NCBI GenBank assembly: GCA_035296385.1
Contig: DATHBB010000171.1
Coordinates: 7,329-71,328 of the forward strand
Origin: Pyrinomonadaceae bacterium
GTDB lineage: Bacteria > Acidobacteriota > Blastocatellia > Pyrinomonadales > Pyrinomonadaceae
Direction of reading: 5' to 3'
Length of the DNA: 64,000 bases
Below are positions 47,356 through 55,915 of the stretch, one piece after another. Position 1 is the stretch's first letter, and the number at the start of each line of letters is the position of its first letter. The notes beneath the pieces were generated by a model. It made no database searches and was not told the DNA's origin. It was given only the letters and a program-made list of their open reading frames with translations. A program made the position numbers and the translations under genes.

Positions 47356-47598
47356 TCAAACTCCCGGGCGTTGCAAGGCGCTTCTGACCGCCGCCAGCAC
47401 TTGTTCGTCCGTCGGCAGCTTGAGCCAACTTCTCTTCAAGATGAGTTTGTCGTCCAGCCAGACGGAGAACTCCCCCATGCGGCCCTGCACGAGTCGCGGC
47501 TCGATCCCCGTTTCACTTCTGACGAGCGCCGCCACACGGGCGGCACGTTCACCATAAGACTTTCAAATTTTGCAATGGCGAATGACGATCTCTCTCAT
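47356..47598 (-). CDS. SelW/Rdx-family selenoprotein candidate (in-frame TGA at codon 12 read as Sec)
   Basis: Hand translation: MREIVIRHCKI-U-KSYGERAARVAALVRSETGIEPRLVQGRMGEFSVWLDDKLILKRSWLKLPTDEQVLAAVRSALQRPGV. It aligns with Rdx proteins (I-x-YC-x-x-C/U ... RA ... G-x-G-x-F-x-V ... dg-x-li ... FP). The TGA at 47563..47565 is at the second redox position. GAGGTGA RBS lies 5 nt upstream of the ATG. The gene is 34 nt downstream of the quinone oxidoreductase gene. Confidence 0.7.
47526..47546 (-). promoter_or_regulatory. SECIS-like hairpin downstream of the in-frame UGA
   Basis: Minus-strand RNA GUGCCGCC CGUGU GGCGGCGC: 8-bp stem, 5-nt G/U-containing loop. The stem starts 17 nt after the UGA codon. 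Confidence 0.55.
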
Positions 47599-47631
47599 CC
47601 GTGTCACCTCTCAAACAGTCGCTTTCAAATC

Positions 47632-48663
47632 TCAAGGGACGAGCACGAGTTTGCCGAACTGCGCGCGGTCTTCCAAAAGTTCGTGCGCGCGTCGCGCTTC
47701 GGCGAGCGGGAGCGTCTGCGAAACGACGGCGCGAAGCTGCCCGCGCTCTACGAACTTCATGGCGTCGAGCAGTTCGGCCTTCGACCCCATGAACGAACCG
47801 AGCAGGCTGACGTGGCGGTAAAAGACTTGCCGGAGGTCTGTGCGCGCGTCGTAGCCGCTCGTCGCGCCGCAGGTGACGAGCCGCCCGTTTCGTGCCAGCA
47901 CGCTGATAGAACCCGGCCACGTCTCCGCGCCCGTATGCTCGAATACGACTTCGACGCCCTTCTTGTTCGTCAGACGCCTCACTTCTTTCGGCCAGTCGGC
48001 GTGCGTGTAGTTGATCGTCTCGTCCGCGCCTAGCGAGCGCGCCTTTTCGAGTTTCTCGTCCGAACCGGCGGTGGCGATGACGCGCGCCCCCCGCAGTTTC
48101 GCGATCTGGATGCCGATTGATCCGACGCCGCTCCCCGCCGCGTGGATCAGAACGTCCTCGCCCGGCTCGACGCGCGCCCGCGAGACGAGCATGTGCCACG
48201 CCGTCACCGTCACGAGCGGCAACGCCGCGGCCTCTTCCCAACTCAAATCCGACGGCTTCGGGACGACGTTCACCGCAGGAGCCGAGACGAACTGCGCGTA
48301 GCCACCATCGCGCCGGTAGCCGAGTATGTCGTAGCTCGCGCACAGATTGTCCAGCCCGCGCAGGCACTCCGCGCAGTGCCCGCACGACACGCCCGGCTGC
48401 AACAACACCTCGTCGCCCGCGCGCACCCAGTCAACCACCTCTCCCACCTCGCGCACCACGCCCGCGATGTCGTTCCCCAGAATGTGCGGCAGCGGAATCT
48501 CTATGCCCGGCAGCCCCTTTCGCGCCCACACGTCCAGATGATTCAAAGCGCACGCGCGCACCTCGACCAGCACCTCGTTCGCCCTCGTGCGCGGCTCAGG
48601 CGCGTCCTCGACATACTCCAACACCTCCGCCCCGCCGTGTTGCCTGAAGATGACAGCTTTCAT
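47632..48663 (-). CDS. Zinc-type alcohol dehydrogenase / NADPH:quinone oxidoreductase family protein
   Basis: MKAVIF ... GGAEVLEYVE ... LNHLDVW, a Cys-rich structural zinc loop (CGHCAECLRG ... C) and the Rossmann motif HAAGSGVG. Confidence 0.9.
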   Translation of the reverse strand: MKAVIFRQHGGAEVLEYVEDAPEPRTRANEVLVEVRACALNHLDVWARKGLPGIEIPLPHILGNDIAGVVREVGEVVDWVRAGDEVLLQPGVSCGHCAECLRGLDNLCASYDILGYRRDGGYAQFVSAPAVNVVPKPSDLSWEEAAALPLVTVTAWHMLVSRARVEPGEDVLIHAAGSGVGSIGIQIAKLRGARVIATAGSDEKLEKARSLGADETINYTHADWPKEVRRLTNKKGVEVVFEHTGAETWPGSISVLARNGRLVTCGATSGYDARTDLRQVFYRHVSLLGSFMGSKAELLDAMKFVERGQLRAVVSQTLPLAEARRAHELLEDRAQFGKLVLVP

Positions 48664-48667
48664 GTTA

Positions 48668-48822
48668 TTCAGTCCTTAGTCAGTTGTCCGTTGTCAGTTG
48701 TTTATAGCTCGTAGTCCGTTGTCAGTTGTTCAATTTAATCTTTAGCAACTCGCCCGGTGCAGCACAAAACAACGGACGACGGACGACGGACAACTGACTA
48801 AGCCTGACGGACAACCGACAGT
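48668..48822. repeat. Heptad-periodic palindromic element H9 (CAGTTGTCCGT family)
   Basis: gtcagttgtccgttgtcagttg ... gtagtccgttgtcagttgtt faces aaacaacggacgacggacgacggacaactgac ... Imperfect. It lies between divergent genes, 5 nt from the start codon at 48663. Confidence 0.85.
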
Positions 48823-48938
48823 CTTTCATGTTAAATATCGACTCGGATTCTACAAGCTACTTCGCACGCGGGCTAGCGTGTCCCGGCTGAGAAGGTCGGT
48901 GCGCGTCAACTTATTTTTTGCGCTGAGGAATTGAACGG

Positions 48939-49433
48939 ATGAGCAGGATCATCGTCGGTGTGTTGGGGCCGGGCGAGGGTGCGATGGACGAAGCCGTGCG
49001 CGCGGCGTTCGAGTTGGGGCAGTTGATCGCGGCGGAGAATTGGGTGTTGCTGACGGGCGGGCGCGACGCGGGCGTGATGGAGGCGGCCAGTCGGGGCGCG
49101 AAGTCGGCGGGCGGTTTGACGGTCGGGATTTTGCCTTCGGAGGATGCGCGGGGCGCGTCGGAGTTCGTGGACCTACGCATCATGACGGGCATGGGACAGG
49201 CGCGCAACAACATCAACGTGCTCTCCAGCCGACTCCTCTTTGCCTGCGGCACGGGCGCGGGCACGGCCTCCGAGATCGCGCTCGCCATCAAAGCGAAGAA
49301 GCACGTCATACTGCTTTGCACGGACGAGGCGAGCGAGAAGTTTTTCAAGTCGTTGGGGAAACAACGCGTGTCTGCGGCAGACGATCCGAGCGCGGCGATT
49401 GAGCTGGCGAGAAAGTTATTGATGGAACAATAG
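48939..49433 (+). CDS. TIGR00725-like (SLOG/LOG superfamily) protein
   Basis: IIVGVLGPGEG ... LLTGGRDAGVMEAASRGAKSAGGLTVGILP ... ACGTGAGTASEIALAIK. Confidence 0.8.
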   Translation: MSRIIVGVLGPGEGAMDEAVRAAFELGQLIAAENWVLLTGGRDAGVMEAASRGAKSAGGLTVGILPSEDARGASEFVDLRIMTGMGQARNNINVLSSRLLFACGTGAGTASEIALAIKAKKHVILLCTDEASEKFFKSLGKQRVSAADDPSAAIELARKLLMEQ

Positions 49434-49476
49434 CCCGACAGCGTGCGAACCAAGCAACTTCAAGCGTTAATTATGA

Positions 49477-49577
49477 TTCACCGCAGAGGCGCAGAGCAGA
49501 ACCGCAGAGGGGGCGCAGAGAAGAAGTTAATCTTTTCTCTGCGCCCCCTCTGCGCCTCTCTGCGTCTCTGCGGTGAA
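49477..49577. repeat. Palindromic element H10 (TTCACCGC ... GCGGTGAA family)
   Basis: ttcaccgcagaggcgcagagcagaaccgcagagggggcgcagag ... ctctgcgccccctctgcgcctctctgcgtctctgcggtgaa. It lies between convergent genes. Confidence 0.9.
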
Positions 49578-49601
49578 GGGTTTTATTCCTTTCAAACAAA
49601 C

Positions 49602-50561
49602 TTAACCCGCAACGACGGCTACTTCGTCGCACGTCGTTTCTTGAGCTGTACCTTCCACCTGCTGCCGCGCGTGATACGAGGAACGCGTGAGCGGGCTTGA
49701 TTCGACGTGATGAAAGCCCATCTCCATGCCGATCTCGCGCCAGCGCGCGAACTCGGCGGGCGTCACATATCGTTCGACGGGCAGGCGGCGCGCGTGCGGT
49801 TGCAGGTATTGGCCGATGGTCATGATGTCGCAACTTGCGGCGCGCAAATCTTTCATCAACTCGACCACTTCGTCGAACGTCTCGCCGAGGCCGACCATGA
49901 TGCCGCTCTTGGTGAGCATACCGCGTCGCTCCACGTCGCGGCGACGCGCTGCGCGTTCAAGGAGCGTCAGCGTCTGCCCGTACTTCGCGTCGGGGCGCAC
50001 GCGGCGGTAAAGACGCGCGATGGTTTCGGTGTTGTGGTTGAGCACGTCGGGTTGCGCGTCGAGCACCGTGTTGAGCGCGGCCTCGTCGCCGTTGAAGTCG
50101 GGAATGAGGACTTCGATTTTGCACGCGGGATTCGCGGCGCGCACTTCGCGTATGGTCTCAGCCCAGTGCGCCGCGCCGCCGTCCGTTAAGTCGTCGCGGT
50201 TAACGGAGGTGATGACGGCGTAGGCGAGATCGAGATGGCGCACGGCTTCGGCGACGTGGCGCGGCTCGTCCTTATCGAGTTCGCCCGGCTTGCCTTTGCC
50301 GACGGCGCAGAAGCCGCAATGGCGCGTGCAGATGTCGCCGCCGAGCATGAAGGTGGCCGTGCGGTCAGACCAGCACTCGAAGATGTTCGGGCAGCGCGCC
50401 TCCTGACAGACCGTGTGCAGATTCAAACCCTCGATCAACTTCAAGACGTGGTTCTGATTCGACGGGTCGCCGATGCGAATCTTCAACCAGTCGGGCTTGC
50501 GTCCCGTCGGGCGTCCCGCAGGCGTTGGAATATTGCTGATGACTTTTAACTCGCGGCTCAA
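49602..50561 (-). CDS. lipA: Lipoyl synthase
   Basis: CQEARCPNIFEC auxiliary cluster motif and the radical-SAM motif CTRHCGFC. Full-length LipA-like sequence. Confidence 0.95.
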   Translation of the reverse strand: MSRELKVISNIPTPAGRPTGRKPDWLKIRIGDPSNQNHVLKLIEGLNLHTVCQEARCPNIFECWSDRTATFMLGGDICTRHCGFCAVGKGKPGELDKDEPRHVAEAVRHLDLAYAVITSVNRDDLTDGGAAHWAETIREVRAANPACKIEVLIPDFNGDEAALNTVLDAQPDVLNHNTETIARLYRRVRPDAKYGQTLTLLERAARRRDVERRGMLTKSGIMVGLGETFDEVVELMKDLRAASCDIMTIGQYLQPHARRLPVERYVTPAEFARWREIGMEMGFHHVESSPLTRSSYHARQQVEGTAQETTCDEVAVVAG

Positions 50562-50605
50562 TAAATTCGCTCCACAAATGATTTTCGACTTTTTCGACTG
50601 TGCGG

Positions 50606-51616
50606 CTATTTTAACATTTGCTCCGCACCGTTGTCGCTTCCAACGCCGTCGCCGCCGATACTGACAGCGAGCCGCGCGAGCACGTCCGCATCAACGTTCC
50701 CGCCCGTGAGCACGACGCCGATGCGACGCAGACCGCGCGGGAGTTTGTCGAACAACACGGCGGCAGCCGCCAGCGCGCCCGTCGGCTCGACCAGTATTTT
50801 CAGACGAAACAGCAGGAACTTCATCGCCTCCGCCGTCTCCGCGTCTGTGACCGTCAACACGTCGTCCGCGTTTTGCATGACGAAGTGAAAGGTCAGCGCG
50901 CCCGGCGTCTGCACGCGCGCGCCGTCGGCGATGGTCGGCGGCGGCGGGATCGTGACGCGCTCTCCCTTCAAGAGAGATTGCCGCGTGTCGTCGCCCGTCG
51001 CGGGTTCGACGGCGAAACAGCGAATCCGCGCGTTCAACCCTCGCGCCGCCGTGCTCGCCCCTGCGAACAAACCGCCGCCGCCGCAGGGCACGACAATCGC
51101 GTCGAGGTCTTGAACTTCTTCCATCAACTCAAGCGCGCACGTTCCCTGCCCCGCCATCACATGATAATCGTCGTAAGGCGGCACGAGGACGAGACCATTG
51201 CGTTCGGCAACGTCGCGCGCGACCCGTTCGCGGTCGTCGCGCTGCCGGTCGTAGAAGACGACTTCCGCGCCGTAGCCTCTGGTGGCCGCCACCTTCGCGC
51301 GCGGCGCATCCTCCGGCATCACGATACAAGCGCGCGTGCCCGCATCGCGAGCCGCGAGCGCGACGGCCTGCGCGTGATTGCCGGACGAAAAGGCTGCGAC
51401 GCCGCGCGCGCGCTCCAAGGCGTCGAGCGCGAGAATCTTGTTCGTCGCCCCGCGCATCTTGAACGCACCGGCGCGTTGAAAATTTTCGCACTTGAAAAAA
51501 ACTTCGCGCCCGCCGCCCGCCGCACTGTTGAAAGCGCGCGAAGACATAACCGGCGTGCGGTGCACGCGCGATGCGATGCGGCGCTCGGCCTCGCGTATGA
51601 ATTCAAGCGTGAGCAT
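50606..51616 (-). CDS. PLP-dependent threonine/serine dehydratase family protein
   Basis: FKCENFQRAGAFKMRGA (PLP lysine motif), SSGNHAQAVA and a GGGGL glycine loop. Its start overlaps the lipB 3' end by 14 nt. Confidence 0.85.
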   Translation of the reverse strand: MLTLEFIREAERRIASRVHRTPVMSSRAFNSAAGGGREVFFKCENFQRAGAFKMRGATNKILALDALERARGVAAFSSGNHAQAVALAARDAGTRACIVMPEDAPRAKVAATRGYGAEVVFYDRQRDDRERVARDVAERNGLVLVPPYDDYHVMAGQGTCALELMEEVQDLDAIVVPCGGGGLFAGASTAARGLNARIRCFAVEPATGDDTRQSLLKGERVTIPPPPTIADGARVQTPGALTFHFVMQNADDVLTVTDAETAEAMKFLLFRLKILVEPTGALAAAAVLFDKLPRGLRRIGVVLTGGNVDADVLARLAVSIGGDGVGSDNGAEQMLK

Positions 51617-52268
51617 ATACCTCTTCCGTCGCCGTCATGTCGAAGACTTCCGCGAAGCGCGCGACGATGCGGTCTTCCACTTCGCGCATGTCGAGTTCGC
51701 GGCCTAACAGTTCGTGCATAGAGGTGACGGGTTCTCCCTCGCAAGCGATGATCAGATCGAAGAAGCTGAGGTCGGTGTTGACGTTTAAGGCGAAGCCGTG
51801 CGTCGTCACCCAGCGCGAGATGTGTACGCCGATGGCGGCGACCTTGCCGCGCGTCGTGTGCACGCCCGTCAAGCCCTTGATCCTGAAACCCTCGATTCCG
51901 AAATCCGCGAGCGCGCGAATCAAAGCCTCTTCTATTTCGCGCACGTAGCGGTGAACGTCCTCGCGGTCGGGACTCAAATTGATGATCGGGTATCCGACGA
52001 GTTGACCCAGGCCGTGATAAGTCGCTTTGCCGCCCCTGTTGGTTTCAAAGAGCGTGATGCCGCGCGACGCCAACGCGTCGGGCGAAGCGAGCACGGCGGA
52101 CTCTTCGGCGCGACGACCGAGCGTGAGGACGTGCGGGTGTTCGACGAGCAGAAGCGTGTCCGCGCACGCGCGCGCTTTGAGCGCGGCCTCGGTCTGCTTC
52201 TGAATTTGGTAGGCCGCGCCGTACTCCATACGTCCGAGGCGGCGAACCCGTAGCGTTCTGTTCGGCAT
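51603..52268 (-). CDS. lipB: Octanoyltransferase
   Basis: Start at MPNRTLRVRRLGRMEYGAAYQIQ. Motifs LLLVEHPHVLTLGR, RGGKATYHGLGQLVGYP and GVHISRWVTTHGFALNV. Confidence 0.9.
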   Translation of the reverse strand: MPNRTLRVRRLGRMEYGAAYQIQKQTEAALKARACADTLLLVEHPHVLTLGRRAEESAVLASPDALASRGITLFETNRGGKATYHGLGQLVGYPIINLSPDREDVHRYVREIEEALIRALADFGIEGFRIKGLTGVHTTRGKVAAIGVHISRWVTTHGFALNVNTDLSFFDLIIACEGEPVTSMHELLGRELDMREVEDRIVARFAEVFDMTATEEVYAHA

Positions 52269-52431
52269 CGCAAAGAAGGTTCGTTTCCGGTTTTCGCCCG
52301 TGTCGCCTCCATTGTAACAGCGCGCTGTCGCGGACGCCGAACGAACCGGACTGTCCTTTGCCAACTTGACGCCGCGACGCGCGCGGGCATAGTTTGTCGT
52401 CAAACGCGATGATTTCAGAGGAGGAACGATT

Positions 52432-52971
52432 TTGAAACTTGTCCCAGCACTCGGCCTTGCCTGCCTGTTGCTTTTGCCCGCTACTACGTTTTCTGCGCAG
52501 CCGCGCCAGCGCCGCAGCACGACGCCGCAGAGGCGTCCCGCAGCGACCCGCTCGCAGAAGCCCGCGACGGCGAGCACCAGCACGCTCAACGAGGCGCGCA
52601 TACGCCTCACCGACGAGTTGAAGACGCTGACGCGCTTTCTCTATCTATACGGGCGCACCTCGATTGGCGTGGAGAACAACGAGAAGCAGGCGCGCGACGC
52701 GGGCGCGGTCTCGCCCGAAGCGCAGGCCATACTCAACCGCAGCCGCTCGACCGTGCTTGAGAGCGTAGGCAACATACGCGACCGCCTCGACAAACTCGAA
52801 CTCTACTTCCGCACGACGCCCGGCCTCGAACAACAATACCGGCGCTTAACCGGAGTCGCCGCCACCGCCGCCACCGCCGAACAGCGCGCCAACTCCGGCC
52901 AACTCGACGCCGCCGGACGCACCCTCATCGAAGTCGCCAACCAACTCGCAGACGCGCTTCTGGAAATGTGA
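52432..52971 (+). CDS. Secreted hypothetical protein
   Basis: GGAGGA RBS before TTG 52432. Signal peptide MKLVPALGLACLLLLPATTFSAQ. Helical body. No family recognised. Confidence 0.55.
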   Translation: MKLVPALGLACLLLLPATTFSAQPRQRRSTTPQRRPAATRSQKPATASTSTLNEARIRLTDELKTLTRFLYLYGRTSIGVENNEKQARDAGAVSPEAQAILNRSRSTVLESVGNIRDRLDKLELYFRTTPGLEQQYRRLTGVAATAATAEQRANSGQLDAAGRTLIEVANQLADALLEM

Positions 52972-52975
52972 GAGC

Positions 52976-53052
52976 AGTGACAAGTGACGAGTGACAAGTT
53001 AAAGACAGGTGCTTTGCTTTAACTTGTCACTCGTCACTTGCCACTTGTCACT
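52976..53052. repeat. Heptad-periodic palindromic element H11 (GTGACAR family, loop core inverted)
   Basis: agtgacaagtgacgagtgacaagttaaag ... ctttaacttgtcactcgtcacttgccacttgtcact. The stop codon of the minus-strand gene (53048..53050) lies inside the right arm. Confidence 0.9.
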
Positions 53053-54271
53053 TCTTCACGTAGTAGCCTGAGCGGGCGCGGACGCGTGCGTCGGCGCGTG
53101 CGGGCGTGCGGACTTTGATGTTGAGAAACTTGCCGTTGGGCGCGTCGCTGTTGGAATAGTATTGGAGTAAATACTGCGCGCGGAGTTCGGCGGCGATGCG
53201 GCGAAGGATTTCGTCGAACTCTTCGACCTGTTCGGGTTTGAAGGACGCGCCGCCCGTCGTCTCTGCGAGTTGCTGCATGCCTTCCTGTGCGCGCGTGCCG
53301 CGTGCATTGAACTTGAGTCCGCCGCCGCTCGGGTTGATGGAATAAAAGACGGCGTCGGCGCGCTGCACCTCGCGCTGCACTTCGAGGAGCGCGCGGCGGT
53401 GCGTGTCGCGCTGGCGCGTAAGGGCATTGGCGGGCAATTTCTCGCCGCGATTCCGGGCTCGCGCTTCTTCAACTTCGCCTTCGCGCACGCGGTCGCTGTA
53501 GTTGTCGTCGCCGTCGGAGATGGCGAGGATGACGCGCCGGTGGCGACCGGGCGCGTTCTGCGCGAGATAGCGCGCCGCCGTGATGGTTGCGTCGTAGAAG
53601 GCCGTCGGCGTAGGCTTTTGCGGTGCGGGAATCTTGAGCAGCGAGGCCGAGGCGATTTCGGCGGAGGCGAGTTGCTGTTCGAGTCGCGGCGTCTGTTCGA
53701 TGCGGAAGACGGCGGCGCGATCAACCGGCTTCAAGACCTGTTTCAAGAAGCGCGCGGCGGCCTCCTGCTCGAACGCGAAACGCTGCCCGACGCTGCTCGA
53801 CACGTCGAAGAGGATGGCGATGTCGAGCGGCACTTGATCGGCGTCGCCCACCTGCGCGATCTCCTGCGCGCGCCCTTCCTCTTCCAGACGAAAATCCGTC
53901 GCCTTCAACCCCTGCACCGGCTCGCCCTGCGCGTTCGTCACGGAGACGGGCACGACCACCAGATTCGACGTAACGCGCACGATGTCGTCGTCGTCGCTGA
54001 TGGTCTCGTCGGTCACGGGCGTCTGCGGCGCGGGCGTCGGCGTCGGCTTTGAAGTTTGTTGCGGCGCGGGCGTCGGCGTCTGCTGCGGCGTCGGCGTCGG
54101 GAGTTGCGGGACGCAGACCGGTTGTTGTTGCGACGCGGACGAAGTGTTGTCACTCGTCTGCCGTGCGCTCGCGCTCGTCCCGTAGAAAAAAGCTGCCGGC
54201 GTACTTCCGAGAAAGATTGCCAGCACGAGTAGCGTCCGCAGCTTGTTGTTAACTGAGTTCATCGAAACCAC
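53048..54271 (-). CDS. VWA-domain protein of the acidobacterial VWFA-related type (TIGR03436-like)
   Basis: Signal peptide, Pro/Thr/Gln-rich linker, then FRLEEEGRAQEI ... DIAILFDVSSSV (MIDAS) ... VILAISDGDDNYS ... VFYSINP. Confidence 0.8.
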   Translation of the reverse strand: MVSMNSVNNKLRTLLVLAIFLGSTPAAFFYGTSASARQTSDNTSSASQQQPVCVPQLPTPTPQQTPTPAPQQTSKPTPTPAPQTPVTDETISDDDDIVRVTSNLVVVPVSVTNAQGEPVQGLKATDFRLEEEGRAQEIAQVGDADQVPLDIAILFDVSSSVGQRFAFEQEAAARFLKQVLKPVDRAAVFRIEQTPRLEQQLASAEIASASLLKIPAPQKPTPTAFYDATITAARYLAQNAPGRHRRVILAISDGDDNYSDRVREGEVEEARARNRGEKLPANALTRQRDTHRRALLEVQREVQRADAVFYSINPSGGGLKFNARGTRAQEGMQQLAETTGGASFKPEQVEEFDEILRRIAAELRAQYLLQYYSNSDAPNGKFLNIKVRTPARADARVRARSGYYVKK

Positions 54272-54281
54272 CCTTGATGAA

Positions 54282-54373
54282 GAAAGGGGTAAAGTGGAAG
54301 GGGTAAAGGGTAAAGTGAAAACCGAAACAGGCTTCCTCTTCTTCCTTTACCCTTTGCCCTTTACCCCTTCCCC
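54282..54373. repeat. Heptad-periodic palindromic element H12 (GGGTAAAG family)
   Basis: gaaaggg gtaaagt ggaaggg gtaaagg gtaaagt gaaaacc ... cctttaccctttgccctttaccccttcccc. It lies between two same-strand genes. Confidence 0.85.
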
Positions 54374-54387
54374 GTCTTATGCGTTGC

Positions 54388-55440
54388 TTATTCTTCGGGC
54401 GTGGCCGCGTCCGGCTTGGCCGTGCTCATGACGGGCGCGGCCTGCATGAGACCGCGATTGACGAGCACGCTGATCTCCACGCGACGGTTCTGCTGGCGAC
54501 CCTCGCGCGTCTTGTTGTCGGCGACGGCCTGCTGTTCGCCGTAGCCGAACGGCGTCACGATGCGGCGCAGCGGGATGTTGTGCGTGTAGGCCAGATATTG
54601 CACGACCGCGTCGGCGCGCTTCTGGCTGAGCATGCGGTTCTTCGATTCCGCGCCGTCGGCGCTGGCGAAGCCGCGCACTTCGAGGACGTAGCCGCGCGCT
54701 TTCAAAGCCTGCTGCGCGATCTGGTCGAGCGTCGTCTTGGCTTCGGTCGAGAGCACGGCGCTGCCGACGCGGAAGTTGACGGCGACCGTCTGCTGCGCGA
54801 CGTAGTCGTCGAGCGCGCTGATGCGTTCGTTGGTCATGTTGACGCCGGAGACGGCGGCGTCCGCCGTTTCCTGCGCAGCCTTCGCGCCGCCGCCCGCGGC
54901 GTTGGCAACTGCCGCCAGTTCATCCAACTGCCCCGAAATACGCTGCGAATTCTGTTCGACCTGACCGATGCGATTCTCGGCGGTGCCGACGCGCGACTCG
55001 ACCGGATCGACGCGCGCCTGAATCGACTGCGCCACCCTCAGGTCGGTGCTCCCGAAGCGGACTTTCTCCGCGACGAGGAAGCCCGAAGCGTCGCCGCGCC
55101 CTTCGACTTCGAGATTGAGGCCGCGCAGGATGTTCGACGCGCCGTAGGTCGAGCCGCCGCCGAAGAAGCCGCCCTTCGACTTGACGGTCGTGCGGTCGGT
55201 CAGGCGCACGGTGGTGTTGACGCCGTTGAGGTCCTGGACGACGAAAGTGTTGGCGTCGATGTCGCGGCTGGTGACGACGCCTTTGACGGTCATCTTCTGG
55301 CCGCTGGCGACCGTGCGCGAGCCGGCGCTGCCGCTGCTCGGCTGGTCTGTGCTCTGTGCGAAGGCGACGGAGGCCAACGCCAGCACGAGTGTGAGGGCGA
55401 TGGTTGACACCTGGAATCTGTTCGACTTGTTCACGCTCAT
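54388..55440 (-). CDS. OmpA-family protein with coiled-coil linker
   Basis: Start at MSVNKSNRFQVSTIALTLVLALASVAFAQ. C-terminal OmpA-like domain (FRVGSAVLSTEAK ... VRGFASADGAESKNRMLSQKRADAVVQYL ... NRRVEISV). Confidence 0.85.
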   Translation of the reverse strand: MSVNKSNRFQVSTIALTLVLALASVAFAQSTDQPSSGSAGSRTVASGQKMTVKGVVTSRDIDANTFVVQDLNGVNTTVRLTDRTTVKSKGGFFGGGSTYGASNILRGLNLEVEGRGDASGFLVAEKVRFGSTDLRVAQSIQARVDPVESRVGTAENRIGQVEQNSQRISGQLDELAAVANAAGGGAKAAQETADAAVSGVNMTNERISALDDYVAQQTVAVNFRVGSAVLSTEAKTTLDQIAQQALKARGYVLEVRGFASADGAESKNRMLSQKRADAVVQYLAYTHNIPLRRIVTPFGYGEQQAVADNKTREGRQQNRRVEISVLVNRGLMQAAPVMSTAKPDAATPEE

Positions 55441-55815
55441 TTTTTTCTTTCTCCCACTTAGCTGAATTATAAAATTTGGCTGCTGCTGTTCCTCGAAGGC
55501 GACGATTCGCGGCGCGAGTTGTTTACTGCCCGACAAAGAAAAAGCGTCGCAGCGACCACATGCTGCGGCGCACCGGACGCTTATGTCGGGTGCGCGCCCA
55601 CGAACCGTTCTGACCAACCCACGCGAGGTGTTGTTTTGGTTTCCCTGAATCGCCTGTGATTCTCTTCAAACATGTTTGGGGAGTCAAGAGCGTAGATGAC
55701 AAAAAGACGCGTTTCCGTTGCGCCGAAGCGATTTAGAATTTGATCGCCACGCTATCGCAACAATTTGAAGTGGAAAGGCAACGGGCGACGCGCGAAAGTG
55801 AAGACTGGTAAAACG

Positions 55816-55845
55816 TTGACATTTGAATCCTCGCCTGATTATCTT
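55816..55845 (+). promoter_or_regulatory. Sigma70-like promoter candidate (TTGACA, 17-18 nt spacer, TTATCT/TATCTT)
   Basis: TTGACA at 55816..55821 and a -10-like box at 55839..55845, about 70 nt upstream of ATG 55916. Confidence 0.4.
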
Positions 55846-55915
55846 TCACGCCGACCGCGAATCGTCACGGGCCGCCGCTCTTCGTAATTCCTTCAACAAA
55901 CGTCGGAGCGTTTCC

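Noticed and set aside
47356-47598. The Rdx-like frame as a pseudogene with a nonsense mutation
   Set aside because: This is not fully excluded. It is less likely because the TGA sits exactly at the CxxC/CxxU redox position, the frame is otherwise intact with a good RBS, and a stable hairpin follows at SECIS-like distance. It still needs the genome-wide sel gene check.
47275-48033. 252-aa plus-strand ORF and 278-aa minus-strand ORF (47549..48385) overlapping the oxidoreductase and SelW-like region
   Set aside because: Both overlap the strongly supported quinone oxidoreductase gene, either on the opposite strand or out of frame. The 47356..47598 interval is better explained by the minus-strand Rdx-like frame containing TGA.
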